Below the pieces are notes generated by a model, which did not search any database, was not told the DNA's origin, and saw only the letters and a program-made list of their open reading frames with translations. A DNA stretch of 64,000 nt. Origin: Candidatus Bathyarchaeota archaeon (GTDB taxonomy: Archaea > Thermoproteota > Bathyarchaeia > Hecatellales > Hecatellaceae). How positions within the stretch are numbered: position 1 is the stretch's first letter; every line of letters begins with the position of its first letter. The stretch covers positions 142,652 to 206,651 of the forward strand of contig JBQPWD010000001.1 of NCBI GenBank assembly GCA_052246995.1, in the 5' to 3' direction. Both the position numbers and the translations under genes were made by a program. Positions 19,282-27,971 of this stretch are shown piece by piece.

Positions 19282-19859
19282 AACCCTAAAATATGGAAAA
19301 AAATCAGTATTGATGCAACAATTATACCTATTGTCATCATTTTTAAACCTTGTATAACAATGTTCTCTTTTGAAACCTTCCCAAGGAATAATCCGAGCAT
19401 GAAGAGTAGTGTAAGTGTTAAACCTAAAAAGCAGTAAAAAGCTTCTTCAAATGTTATCAAATTTAAGTATGTAATGAAGAATGGCGTGATTGCTATTATT
19501 ATAGTAAGTACAGGAGATACTCCGTGAATAAACGCCGCTCCTATTACAGTAACCTTTGCCGCTTTGTCTAAAAAGGAGTTTTTTAGGCTTGTAAAGAGCG
19601 TAGTTTCCAAGTCCTTTAACTGTTTTACTCTTTCAGCTTTTTCACTCATGTAAGCACCAAAGAAACCTGAAAGACTCATGGCTAAGCATGCTCCCAAACA
19701 TGATCCGATAATAATGCTTGGATTTTTTACTCCAACAACATATTCTCCCACAACCATACCTAAAATTGATAAAGCTCCATCAAACGCATTTAAAATAAAA
19801 TATCTTCTTAACATCTCTTCAGCCTTTAAAGCCCTTAAATAATGTTTAAACTTTCTCAT
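19278..19859 (-). CDS. VIT1/CCC1-family (vacuolar iron transporter-like) membrane protein
   Basis: 193 aa. ILNAFDGALSILGMVVG plus C-terminal TM helices are characteristic of the VIT family. Confidence 0.6.
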   Translation of the reverse strand: MRKFKHYLRALKAEEMLRRYFILNAFDGALSILGMVVGEYVVGVKNPSIIIGSCLGACLAMSLSGFFGAYMSEKAERVKQLKDLETTLFTSLKNSFLDKAAKVTVIGAAFIHGVSPVLTIIIAITPFFITYLNLITFEEAFYCFLGLTLTLLFMLGLFLGKVSKENIVIQGLKMMTIGIIVASILIFFHILGF

Positions 19860-19995
19860 AACCGATTTTTCTCCAACCTAATACCCTTAAATTAGTTCTA
19901 AATCTGCTTCTTCCACTTTACTATCATTTATTTTGTAACAGCAGTGTTTAAGTTTAACGAAAACCATAAAAATTTTAGTAAAGGTTGAGGCAAAA

Positions 19996-20283
19996 ATGCC
20001 TGCAAAACTGCCTGTATTTATAAGAAGAATAGTTGTTGACTCATTAAAACCTAGAGAAACACCAATCATAGAATTATCCAAAGCTTTATGCCATGTTGAT
20101 GGAGTTGAAGAAGTTGACATAGCAGTAACAGAGGTTGATGTTAAAACTGAAACTATCAGACTTACAATCACGGGTTCAGATATAAACTACGAAAACATTG
20201 CCAAAGTTTTAAGCGAGTATGGAGTTGCAGTAAGAAGTATAGATGAAATAAATGTAAGTAAAAAACTAGCAAAAACTCCGTAA
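19996..20283 (+). CDS. DUF211 (COG1888) archaeal conserved protein
   Basis: 95 aa. RRIVVDSLKP...VDGVEEVDIAVTEVDVKTETIRLTITGSDINYE fits DUF211 from memory. Divergently placed next to the VIT1 gene. Confidence 0.45.
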   Translation: MPAKLPVFIRRIVVDSLKPRETPIIELSKALCHVDGVEEVDIAVTEVDVKTETIRLTITGSDINYENIAKVLSEYGVAVRSIDEINVSKKLAKTP

Positions 20284-20931
20284 TTCATGGTTTTTTACAA
20301 AAATGGTTTAGATCCAAATTCCATTTTAGAGTGTTTAATTCAATATTCCCAAGTGAGACAAGTGCCAAAGTTCCCTTCAACTTAGGAGGTAACAAGGATA
20401 TATATCTACGGTTTAAACCGTGAAGATGCAAGCTCCTCAAGCTTTTCAGAACCTGTTATACTGCAATAAAGAAGTTTGTTGAAATCAACCTCCCAAACCT
20501 CTTTGTAAGCTGGAAAAGGGTTGCTTTCAAGGCTGTGGAGGGTTAAGGAGGATAGAATTTTAACTGAAAACACGAACGACGGAAAAATATGTATCAACGA
20601 AGACCAACTCTTTATCGTGAAAACTCTACATCCCAAAAACAGTTCAGCGATTGAACCAGGTTAGACCAAAACCTGAAGGAATATCATTATTAACTCCAAG
20701 TATCTCATCTTTAACCAGCGATGTAGGTGATTTCACTTGGTGGAGAATGTCAATAGTTACTAGGATGTTAAGGAAAAGATAAATTACCTCTTGAATTTAT
20801 AATTACTTGGAGCGTTGATGACTCAGAGTTAGAATGAATATAAATGTGTTAAAGGCATTTATCTGAGCTCCAACAAAATATGGAGTGCTACTTATTGGAT
20901 AATAAACCTTGAGGGGTAAGAGGGTTAATTA

Positions 20932-21759
20932 ATGGTTACTTGGAAGGATAAGACTTTAAAATGGTTTTCTAGTGTTGCTAGGTTTTTTGTTGCAAATAAG
21001 CTTTTTATAAAGCTTTACGAGTTAATGCTGTGGCATCAAGTTAAGAATGGTGAGATTCCTAAGCATATTGCTGTGATTCTTGATGGTAACAGAAGATGGG
21101 CTTCATCAAAGGGGTTGAATGTTTTTGATGGACATCATGAAGGAGCTAAGAAGGCTGAAAGTTTTCTTGAATGGTGTCTTGAGCTAGGTAAAGTTCAAAC
21201 TGTAACTCTTTATGTTTTTTCAACAGAAAACTTTAAACGTCCTAAGGAGGAGGTTGACCACATCTTTAACCTGTTAGAAGAATATCTTAGTCGGTTGCAT
21301 ACAGACTCAAGAATATTGGAGAAAAAAGTTAGAGTTAAAGTTTTAGGGCGAATAGAAAACCTACCTGAAAACCTTAGAAACCTCATAAGAGAGGTTGAAT
21401 CTTTAACTTGGAAACATGACAACTACTATCTTAACTTGGCGGTAGCTTATGGTGGAAGGGCTGAAATTGTTGATGCTGTAAAGTCTATAGCTTCGAAGGT
21501 TGCTGAAAAGAAGCTTTCAGTAGAAGAAATAGATGAAAAAACGATAGAAGAACACCTCTACACAAGTTTTCTACCAAATCCTTATCCAGATTTAATAATA
21601 AGAACATCTGGGGAGGAAAGGTTAAGCAACTTCTTACTGTGGCAGAGTGCTTATAGCGAGCTTTGCTTTTTAGATGTTTACTGGCCAAGCTTTAGAAAAA
21701 TCGATTTTTTACGTGCTATTAGAGTTTATCAGCAAAGGCAAAGAAGGTTTGGTGCTTAA
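20932..21759 (+). CDS. uppS: cis-prenyltransferase: tritrans,polycis-undecaprenyl-diphosphate synthase
   Basis: 275 aa. HIAVILDGNRRWA plus the C-terminal RTSGEERLSNFLLWQSAYSE are UppS hallmarks. Confidence 0.85.
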   Translation: MVTWKDKTLKWFSSVARFFVANKLFIKLYELMLWHQVKNGEIPKHIAVILDGNRRWASSKGLNVFDGHHEGAKKAESFLEWCLELGKVQTVTLYVFSTENFKRPKEEVDHIFNLLEEYLSRLHTDSRILEKKVRVKVLGRIENLPENLRNLIREVESLTWKHDNYYLNLAVAYGGRAEIVDAVKSIASKVAEKKLSVEEIDEKTIEEHLYTSFLPNPYPDLIIRTSGEERLSNFLLWQSAYSELCFLDVYWPSFRKIDFLRAIRVYQQRQRRFGA

Positions 21760-21764
21760 AGATG

Positions 21765-22973
21765 CTAGTGGCCTATAATCTTTAAAATTTCTTTTTCAAG
21801 CTTTTCAGCTGAAACAGGTAAGCCTATAAGTGTTGTTTTTCCACGATGTCCTTTACTTGAACTTTTTGTTGAAATAATTCCTGTTAAACTTAAACTTTTA
21901 ACGTATTTCCAAAGTTGGACATGTGCTCTAGCTTTTTCCCCAAATTCTTCACAAACAACATTATACTCTTTTTCAACCTCTCCCATGGATATGTAGGCTG
22001 AAGCGTTTTCCTTTAGAAGTCTACATATTGAGAGAACTAGAAATTTTTCATGTAAACTTAAAAGTTTAAGGTCCTCAACTTTTAGGGATGGGTGGGCATA
22101 AGCTTGGGCATTTCTAACATGCTCAGGTTTAACTTTTTCTGAGTTTTCGTTTTCAGCGTATTTTCCAGCAAGCCATAAAAGTTCAATAGCAAACCTTGCA
22201 TCTCCAAATTTTCCAGACAAATCTGCAATAAGTTCAATGGTGTCAGGTAAGACGGCGTTTTCCTTGAAAGCCTCTTTAATTCTCCACTCCAGGATATCTT
22301 TAAGCTGAACTGAGGTGTACTTTTCAAGCCTTATCACGTGAAAACCTAGTGTTGAAAGTGTACTTCTGTCAATCATTTTAAAAACTTCTTCGCATTCTGG
22401 TTCTCTAAAAATGCAGATAAGAGCTATCCTTCTAGGTGTGTTTGGGGGTTTATCCTCATAAAAACGTGTAATGCTAAAAAGAGGTTCACACCCATCCTTT
22501 CTAATTAGCGATTCAAGTTCGTCTAATGTTAAAATCATAAAAATGTTGTTCTTGTTTAGAATATCGACAAGAAACCCTAAAAGCTCTTGTGCAGAGTATC
22601 CTCTTTTTGGAAAATCTTTTTTAAAGTTGCGTAGGATAATGTTTTTTAACGCGTTGTAGAAGCTACCTTCTGCTCTACAGTTTACATGAACATACTTAAC
22701 GTTAACCTTTTTTTCTAGGGCATATTTTTCAAAATCTAATCCAAAACGTTTTGATAAAGCAGTTTTACCAGTTCCAAGCTGACCTCGAATAATAACCCTG
22801 GGAAGGATCTTACCTGGAGAGCTTACCAGGGGTTTAAATGTTGTTACTAAAATTTTAAGCTCTTTTTCTCTGTGGGGTAGGTAGGGTGGCACATAGTCAA
22901 GTGAAAGTTTTCCCTCGTCCTTAAAAACGATGCTCATCCTGCTAGAATTAGTGGCCAGTTTCGTAATCACCAC
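21765..22973 (-). CDS. cdc6: Orc1/Cdc6 replication initiator
   Basis: 402 aa. LPHREKE, Walker A GQLGTGKTA, AAA+ core and a C-terminal winged helix. Confidence 0.9.
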   Translation of the reverse strand: MVITKLATNSSRMSIVFKDEGKLSLDYVPPYLPHREKELKILVTTFKPLVSSPGKILPRVIIRGQLGTGKTALSKRFGLDFEKYALEKKVNVKYVHVNCRAEGSFYNALKNIILRNFKKDFPKRGYSAQELLGFLVDILNKNNIFMILTLDELESLIRKDGCEPLFSITRFYEDKPPNTPRRIALICIFREPECEEVFKMIDRSTLSTLGFHVIRLEKYTSVQLKDILEWRIKEAFKENAVLPDTIELIADLSGKFGDARFAIELLWLAGKYAENENSEKVKPEHVRNAQAYAHPSLKVEDLKLLSLHEKFLVLSICRLLKENASAYISMGEVEKEYNVVCEEFGEKARAHVQLWKYVKSLSLTGIISTKSSSKGHRGKTTLIGLPVSAEKLEKEILKIIGH

Positions 22974-23463
22974 AAACCTTAAAAACTAATCACCAATAAA
23001 AATCTTTTTCTTCTTTCAAGTCAAAAATTTTCACTATTAGGCTAAACCTGAGAAAACAGTCGCGAGAAGAGGATTTAAAAAAACAAAAACTAGTTGTAAA
23101 TTTGGAAAATTGGAAATTTGGTAATGGTTTGTCCATTCAATTTTAAAGCGTGGAGGTTGAGCTGGAGTTAGGCTAACTTTCCTTTTTTATGGTTGTTTTT
23201 CCACCCATTAAACCTATCTTTTAAATCTAAGACTATATCGACTACAAGTAGAACTGCTACGATAGTCCAAAGTATGTCAATAGGTTGCAAAGAAAACACC
23301 TCCTTTAAGGCTAAAGGTTAGTAGGTTGACTTTTAAAAATTCTTTTTTAACTTGGATGGTTAAAACGTTTCTCGATATTGGTTGGCCCTTATAGGTTCTG
23401 GTTTAAAAAAGCTGGTTTAAACTCTCTTATATAGGTTTTTTTGCAGGAAAATGTTCATATGTA
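22974..23463. promoter_or_regulatory. Putative replication origin / cdc6 upstream control region
   Basis: A 490 bp AT-rich non-coding stretch directly upstream of cdc6. It holds three tandem octamers aaatttgg-aaaattgg-aaatttgg at 23098-23121 and several CCAyyCAw-like motifs (23133, 23201, 23353 inverted). Confidence 0.35.
23168..23290 (-). CDS. Possible small membrane protein (40 aa)
   Basis: TTG start 7 nt after GGAGGTG. Encodes LQPIDILWTIVAVLLVVDIVLDLKDRFNGWKNNHKKGKLA, i.e. one hydrophobic helix and a basic tail. It lies inside the putative origin region and is not in the ORF track. Confidence 0.25.
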   Translation of the reverse strand: MQPIDILWTIVAVLLVVDIVLDLKDRFNGWKNNHKKGKLA

Positions 23464-24297
23464 ATGTATATATTTTCTAAATTTAGGTTTTTCAGCAGCA
23501 AAAATCATATTCATATCTGGCTGGTAAACTTGCTTAAACTTGCAGATTCTCATGTACATCTTGACGAGCTTGAAAATCTTGAGGAAGTGTTGAAGGATTG
23601 CAGAAATGTTGGTGTTTTGGCTGTTGTTGGTGTAGGCTCAAACCAAGCCTCAAACATTTACCTAACCAACCTTCCAGCTGAGTATTATGGCGTAAAAATA
23701 TACATTACGCTTGGCATCCATCCGTGGGCTGTCACCTTAGAGAAAGAGAAACCTGATTTAACGCTTAAACTGGTTGAGGAAAAAGCTGGTAAGATTGTTG
23801 GTGTAGGAGAGGTTGGCCTAGATTTTTGGCTTAAGGAGGCAAGAAAAAGCCAAGATGTTAAAGATTTACAGGTAAACGTGTTTAAGTTTTTTCTTCATGT
23901 TGCAAAAGAGCATGGAAAACCTGTAATTATTCATTCAAGAGGTGCTTGGGAAGAATGTCTAAATCTTGCTGAAAAGGTTGGTGTGGAAAAAGCAGTATTC
24001 CACTGGTTTACAGGACCACTTAACATTTTAAAAAGAATTGTGGATGATGATTACTTTATCTCCGTAACTCCCGCAGTACGCTATAGTAAGGAGCATCAGT
24101 TAGTTGTTAAAAATACTCCGCTGGAAAACATTTTAATTGAAACAGATTCACCTGTGAAGTATGGGGGAGTTCCAGCTAAACCTTCAGATGTGATAAGAAG
24201 TTTGGAGGGTGTTGTAAAAATTAAAGGTTTAAGTATTGAGGAAGTTGCCAACGTTGTAGCAAAAAATTTTGAAAAAGTTTTTAATGTAAAATTGTAA
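23464..24297 (+). CDS. tatD: TatD-family metal-dependent hydrolase/DNase
   Basis: DSHVHLDE (the HxH motif), ...GVGEVGLDF... and ...HSR... match the TatD signature. The true start is probably the in-frame TTG at 23530 (LKLADSHVHLD); the first 22 codons of the track ORF look non-genic. Confidence 0.75.
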   Translation: MYIFSKFRFFSSKNHIHIWLVNLLKLADSHVHLDELENLEEVLKDCRNVGVLAVVGVGSNQASNIYLTNLPAEYYGVKIYITLGIHPWAVTLEKEKPDLTLKLVEEKAGKIVGVGEVGLDFWLKEARKSQDVKDLQVNVFKFFLHVAKEHGKPVIIHSRGAWEECLNLAEKVGVEKAVFHWFTGPLNILKRIVDDDYFISVTPAVRYSKEHQLVVKNTPLENILIETDSPVKYGGVPAKPSDVIRSLEGVVKIKGLSIEEVANVVAKNFEKVFNVKL

Positions 24298-24408
24298 GCT
24301 AAAATTCCTTTTGATTATTCTTCCTCATTGTGGAAGTAGGCTTTAGGTGGTTTAGCTTATCCGTAAAAGATGCTCAACGTAACTTAATACAATTTTATAA
24401 ACCCAAAT

Positions 24409-24969
24409 CTACAAATTTTTCCATAAGTTTTCCGTAACGCCCTTTATTTCAAGTTTTCCTTTCAATTTTTCTACAATTGGCTGTACATCTTTCCACTCTT
24501 CTTCCGTTAGTGGGGGGACACCTACTCTCGTAACTATTGTTTTGATCAGTTGTTTTGTGTTTGCTTCCCCAGATTCGGTTTTTGGTACAATTAGCCATAT
24601 ATCGTAAAACAGGGTCGACTTGAATGTTCTTGGTATTTCTGCAAGGAATTCAAGTAAGAGACTATCTTCGGTTTCAGCTCCAGACCTGTAAAAGACTTTC
24701 TTCAATGTTGCAATGAAAATGCTAGTAGGCAGGAAGAACGCTAAAGCTAAATTTTTTATAATCTGGCTAGTTGAAATTGTTATGCCGCTTGATTCGGCAA
24801 TTCTATCAATGGCTGCTTTAGCTTCATCCCTATCTAACTCCTTAAATGAGATATTCATCTTCTTAAGCATTTCAATTAAAGGTTTTCTGACGATAAAACC
24901 CAAACCGAAGGTTTTGGAAGCCTTATCTAGAAACCTTTTGCTCGTGTACAGTACGAAGGGTTCAGACAT
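24409..24969 (-). CDS. Hypothetical protein
   Basis: 186 aa ORF with coding-like composition and no recognised motif. First gene of a GC-elevated block. Confidence 0.4.
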   Translation of the reverse strand: MSEPFVLYTSKRFLDKASKTFGLGFIVRKPLIEMLKKMNISFKELDRDEAKAAIDRIAESSGITISTSQIIKNLALAFFLPTSIFIATLKKVFYRSGAETEDSLLLEFLAEIPRTFKSTLFYDIWLIVPKTESGEANTKQLIKTIVTRVGVPPLTEEEWKDVQPIVEKLKGKLEIKGVTENLWKNL

Positions 24970-25023
24970 GGCTAAAACACCTACAATACAAATGTTCAGT
25001 TTAAAGCTTTAAAAAACTTCTTC

Positions 25024-26313
25024 TCATTTTTTTCGTTTTGTATAGTAAAGGAGTGTTGCCGCTGTCATGAATACTACAATAACTATAGCTAAAGTCCATG
25101 TTAACCCCCATTGGAATTCTGGACCGGATGGTGTTGGCAAGGATACTGGTCCCTCTCCTGTTCTGAAACGGATCTCTATGTAATGTTTTGAATGTTCATA
25201 TGTAAAGTTTATGTTTACACGGTCAACGTTTTCGCTTTTGTTAAATGGTATGGGTTTGCCGTCAAAAAGCACTTCTACTTGTCCGTCTGCAATGTTTTTT
25301 GGAATGTCAAGCTTGACAAAGCCTTTTGTTCCGCTTTTTCCTTGAACTTGGAATGACAAGGTTTGGTTTTCCAGATTATATTTGAAGTTTGATATCCCAG
25401 AGTTGGAGGTCAGTAGAACAATTTGCCCTTCAACGATGTAGCTGAAGGTCATCAAAGGAAGCTCACTTGTAGGCTCCATTAAAGGATATCTGTCAACTGC
25501 TCTCCCACTAGCCAAGTATGGTTTATCACCTATACCGTCCTTGCCAGGCTGATCTTGGTTTGTTCCGCTTTTCTCATCCACCCCGACATAATCGCTCCAG
25601 TAGTTTCCTCCGGCAGGGTAACCGTTATCCCAAACACAACGAGGCGGGTTGCCGTATGCTCGTCCATTTTCAACAAAGTTGTTATGGAAAACATGTGCAA
25701 TCACATCTGTAAGGTAATCAGTTTCTATGAAAATGCTTACATTATTCTTCACGAAGTTGTTTTCAGAATCTGCACCCGTTGCACCCATTATACTGTTTCC
25801 TGATATTATGCATGACTTTGCTCCCATGAGAACTACACCCACTTGGCAGCCAACAATAGTGTTGTTAAGGATAGCTACGTTAAACACATCACTGAGAAAG
25901 ATGCCATGTCTTTCATAGGATTCCAAGATAAGTGTCCATATCCCAGTAGCATGGTAAAGCTCTAAACCATCTAAGCCCCCCTCTATCCTCATTGACTTAA
26001 CTGTGACATTTTCCTTGCAGGATGCTTTAGTTTGTACAACTGCTACCCCTCCCTTAAGCCTATGACCACAACCGTCAAGGATAATGTTGTCCCTTTTAAT
26101 CACAATTGTAGCGTCAACGTTGTTAGTAAGGCTGTAAACCCTAAAGTCTCCGGAAACAATTAATGGTGTGAGTGGAGAGACGTATCCATCCGGATTTATG
26201 GTTATGAGGCTTCCACTTGTAGGATATGGATCATAGTAGTCGAAGATGATGTCGCCTATCTGCATTCCACCGATGGGAAGGTTGACGACGTTGAAACCGA
26301 GGTCGTCGAACAC
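25024..26313 (-). CDS. Right-handed parallel beta-helix (NosD/pectin-lyase-like) surface protein with C-terminal TM anchor; lacks its own signal peptide
   Basis: 429 aa. Repetitive ...NNTIVGCQVGVVLMGAKSCIISGNSIMG... beta-helix turns. C-terminal hydrophobic WTLAIVIVVFMTAATLLYY followed by TKRKK. GTG start. Confidence 0.6.
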   Translation of the reverse strand: MFDDLGFNVVNLPIGGMQIGDIIFDYYDPYPTSGSLITINPDGYVSPLTPLIVSGDFRVYSLTNNVDATIVIKRDNIILDGCGHRLKGGVAVVQTKASCKENVTVKSMRIEGGLDGLELYHATGIWTLILESYERHGIFLSDVFNVAILNNTIVGCQVGVVLMGAKSCIISGNSIMGATGADSENNFVKNNVSIFIETDYLTDVIAHVFHNNFVENGRAYGNPPRCVWDNGYPAGGNYWSDYVGVDEKSGTNQDQPGKDGIGDKPYLASGRAVDRYPLMEPTSELPLMTFSYIVEGQIVLLTSNSGISNFKYNLENQTLSFQVQGKSGTKGFVKLDIPKNIADGQVEVLFDGKPIPFNKSENVDRVNINFTYEHSKHYIEIRFRTGEGPVSLPTPSGPEFQWGLTWTLAIVIVVFMTAATLLYYTKRKK

Positions 26314-26409
26314 TGAACTACCGAAGGGACATCTTCCCCAGAAGTGTTAACTCAATCCAGTCGTTGTCAAAACGTCGATCTAACTCCGCATACGTATCGT
26401 CTGTGTTTA

Positions 26410-26592
26410 TATACATCCAGATTTCCAAACTAATACATTTTTATTAATGTTAAATCTATATGCAGACTCATCGCCACCTTCGTAATAAACCTCCCACCAA
26501 AAAGTCTCGGATGCTTCACCATTAACCGTTGAAACAACAATCCCTGTGTAGCATGTTTGTAATAATATAAGGAGGAGAAGCAGGCCTGCCAT
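26410..26592 (-). pseudogene. Detached signal-peptide N-terminal fragment, in the same frame as the downstream beta-helix ORF (split gene)
   Basis: MAGLLLLLILLQTCYTGIVVSTVNGEAS... is a typical signal peptide. It is in the same reading frame as the 25024..26313 ORF, separated by three in-frame stops: TAA 26407-26409, TAG 26380-26382 and TAA 26347-26349. Confidence 0.4.
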
Positions 26593-26749
26593 TCTTCTTA
26601 ATGAATATGTCAGTACCATAACTTTAAGTAAAGATGGGGAAGATTTTAAAAATGTTACGTAGAGGCATGTGCAGTTTTTCTTTAAAAGCCGAAACTTTTT
26701 TAAATTATTTGAGACATCCCCAAAAACAGGTGTGAATTGGTTGAAGAGG

Positions 26750-27580
26750 ATGATCATTCTTCTTGTTGCTTTAGTAGCGGTTATCAGTGCTGTAGCAGTA
26801 ATATTCTACTTTTCAACACAACATGAGATAGGGCAGGGCTGGTCTGGCACTCCGTCACGGCAAGGTCCCTACGTTTCCAATGTTGTAATAAGCAGGTTTG
26901 TTTACACAGATGAGGGTCTCTATATGAGATTAAAGATTTACGGGGAGGCGGACTTAAGGGAGCCGATGACAATTAACGGTGTTCATGGATTCTGGTTTGG
27001 GCGTGTTAGTGTAAGACTTCCAGATGGAAGGCAGGCGCAGCTTCTTGAGCCGGAGGACCATACAAAGTTTTTCACTCATTTCAATAGAATACCGGGCGAG
27101 TTGGCTGTAGATGTCTACCTGCCAACGATTTGGCATGAAAACCCATGTCTTGAGGGCATATATAATGTCACCGTGTTTCTTAAGGGGCCATACGAAAACA
27201 TTACGGTGCTTTTTCATAGAGATTTTAACCTTAAAATGGCGCTTAATGCGACAGTATCTCCAAACACGTGGAAATCTTGGGAGCAAAATATCACTATAAG
27301 AATAACTAACACTGGTAATGTTCCTGTAATCCTCCAAGGTGTTGGCATGGAGATGTCTCAAACTGGAACAGTTATAGGCTGGGTTTATGCATCCACACCT
27401 GAAGATAGGATCATGGTTATCATGCCTGGAGAAAGCGTGACGTGGATTGGAACTCCAACAATGGCTGGTAACTTCAGGGAAGAGCTTGCTGGAAAAACTC
27501 TTCCAGTGGACTTTGTGTTTGATATTGCTGGAGCACGGACGCGTTTTGCAGCAACTTTGAACGTAAGATTTCCACATTAG
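26750..27580 (+). CDS. Membrane-anchored/secreted hypothetical protein, GC-rich
   Basis: The N-terminal MIILLVALVAVISAVAVIFYF signal anchor is followed by a roughly 250 aa domain with no known motif. The track ORF starts at 26669. GC content is markedly above window background (e.g. ggcagggctggtctggcactccgtcacggcaaggtccc). Confidence 0.5.
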   Translation: MIILLVALVAVISAVAVIFYFSTQHEIGQGWSGTPSRQGPYVSNVVISRFVYTDEGLYMRLKIYGEADLREPMTINGVHGFWFGRVSVRLPDGRQAQLLEPEDHTKFFTHFNRIPGELAVDVYLPTIWHENPCLEGIYNVTVFLKGPYENITVLFHRDFNLKMALNATVSPNTWKSWEQNITIRITNTGNVPVILQGVGMEMSQTGTVIGWVYASTPEDRIMVIMPGESVTWIGTPTMAGNFREELAGKTLPVDFVFDIAGARTRFAATLNVRFPH

Positions 27581-27971
27581 AAGGCAAAATGTTTTGTTAG
27601 CAACACCAGAATCACTCTGAACACAAAGCTAGCAGAAATACTACAAGACTGCGGAAAAAGACATTTGCGAAGTTTTCACATAACTAGGGTCATAAGAGTT
27701 GGTAGATATGTAATTTTTACTGTAAAGTTAGCAGAATTTTTCAATCTAAACCAAATTTAAACCAGCAAAACAAATGAAATAACTTGGAAGACATAAGACC
27801 TGAAATTCCTCATTAAACGTGGAAAAGTGTTGCAATTTCTAAATCGCAATTAAAAGTCTTGCTGATGGAGTTGGTTATAAAGCAGTAGAGCAAGTGTTTA
27901 TTACGGATACGCTTGAAATAAAAGTTATTTAATGGTAGAACAATTTTGGGTAAAGAGTGTCAATAAGCCAA

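Noticed and set aside
20406-20636. 76 aa ORF in the 20.3 to 20.9 kb spacer
   Set aside because: No ribosome-binding site, no motif and an atypical composition. It is treated as non-coding; the region is kept as a possible ncRNA or remnant instead.
26407-26757. The 116 aa track ORF as a single intact gene
   Set aside because: Its first 55 residues overlap the N-terminus of the opposite-strand gene at 26669+ and look non-genic. Only the signal-peptide portion from Met56 is convincing, and that is better explained as the detached N-terminus of the beta-helix gene.
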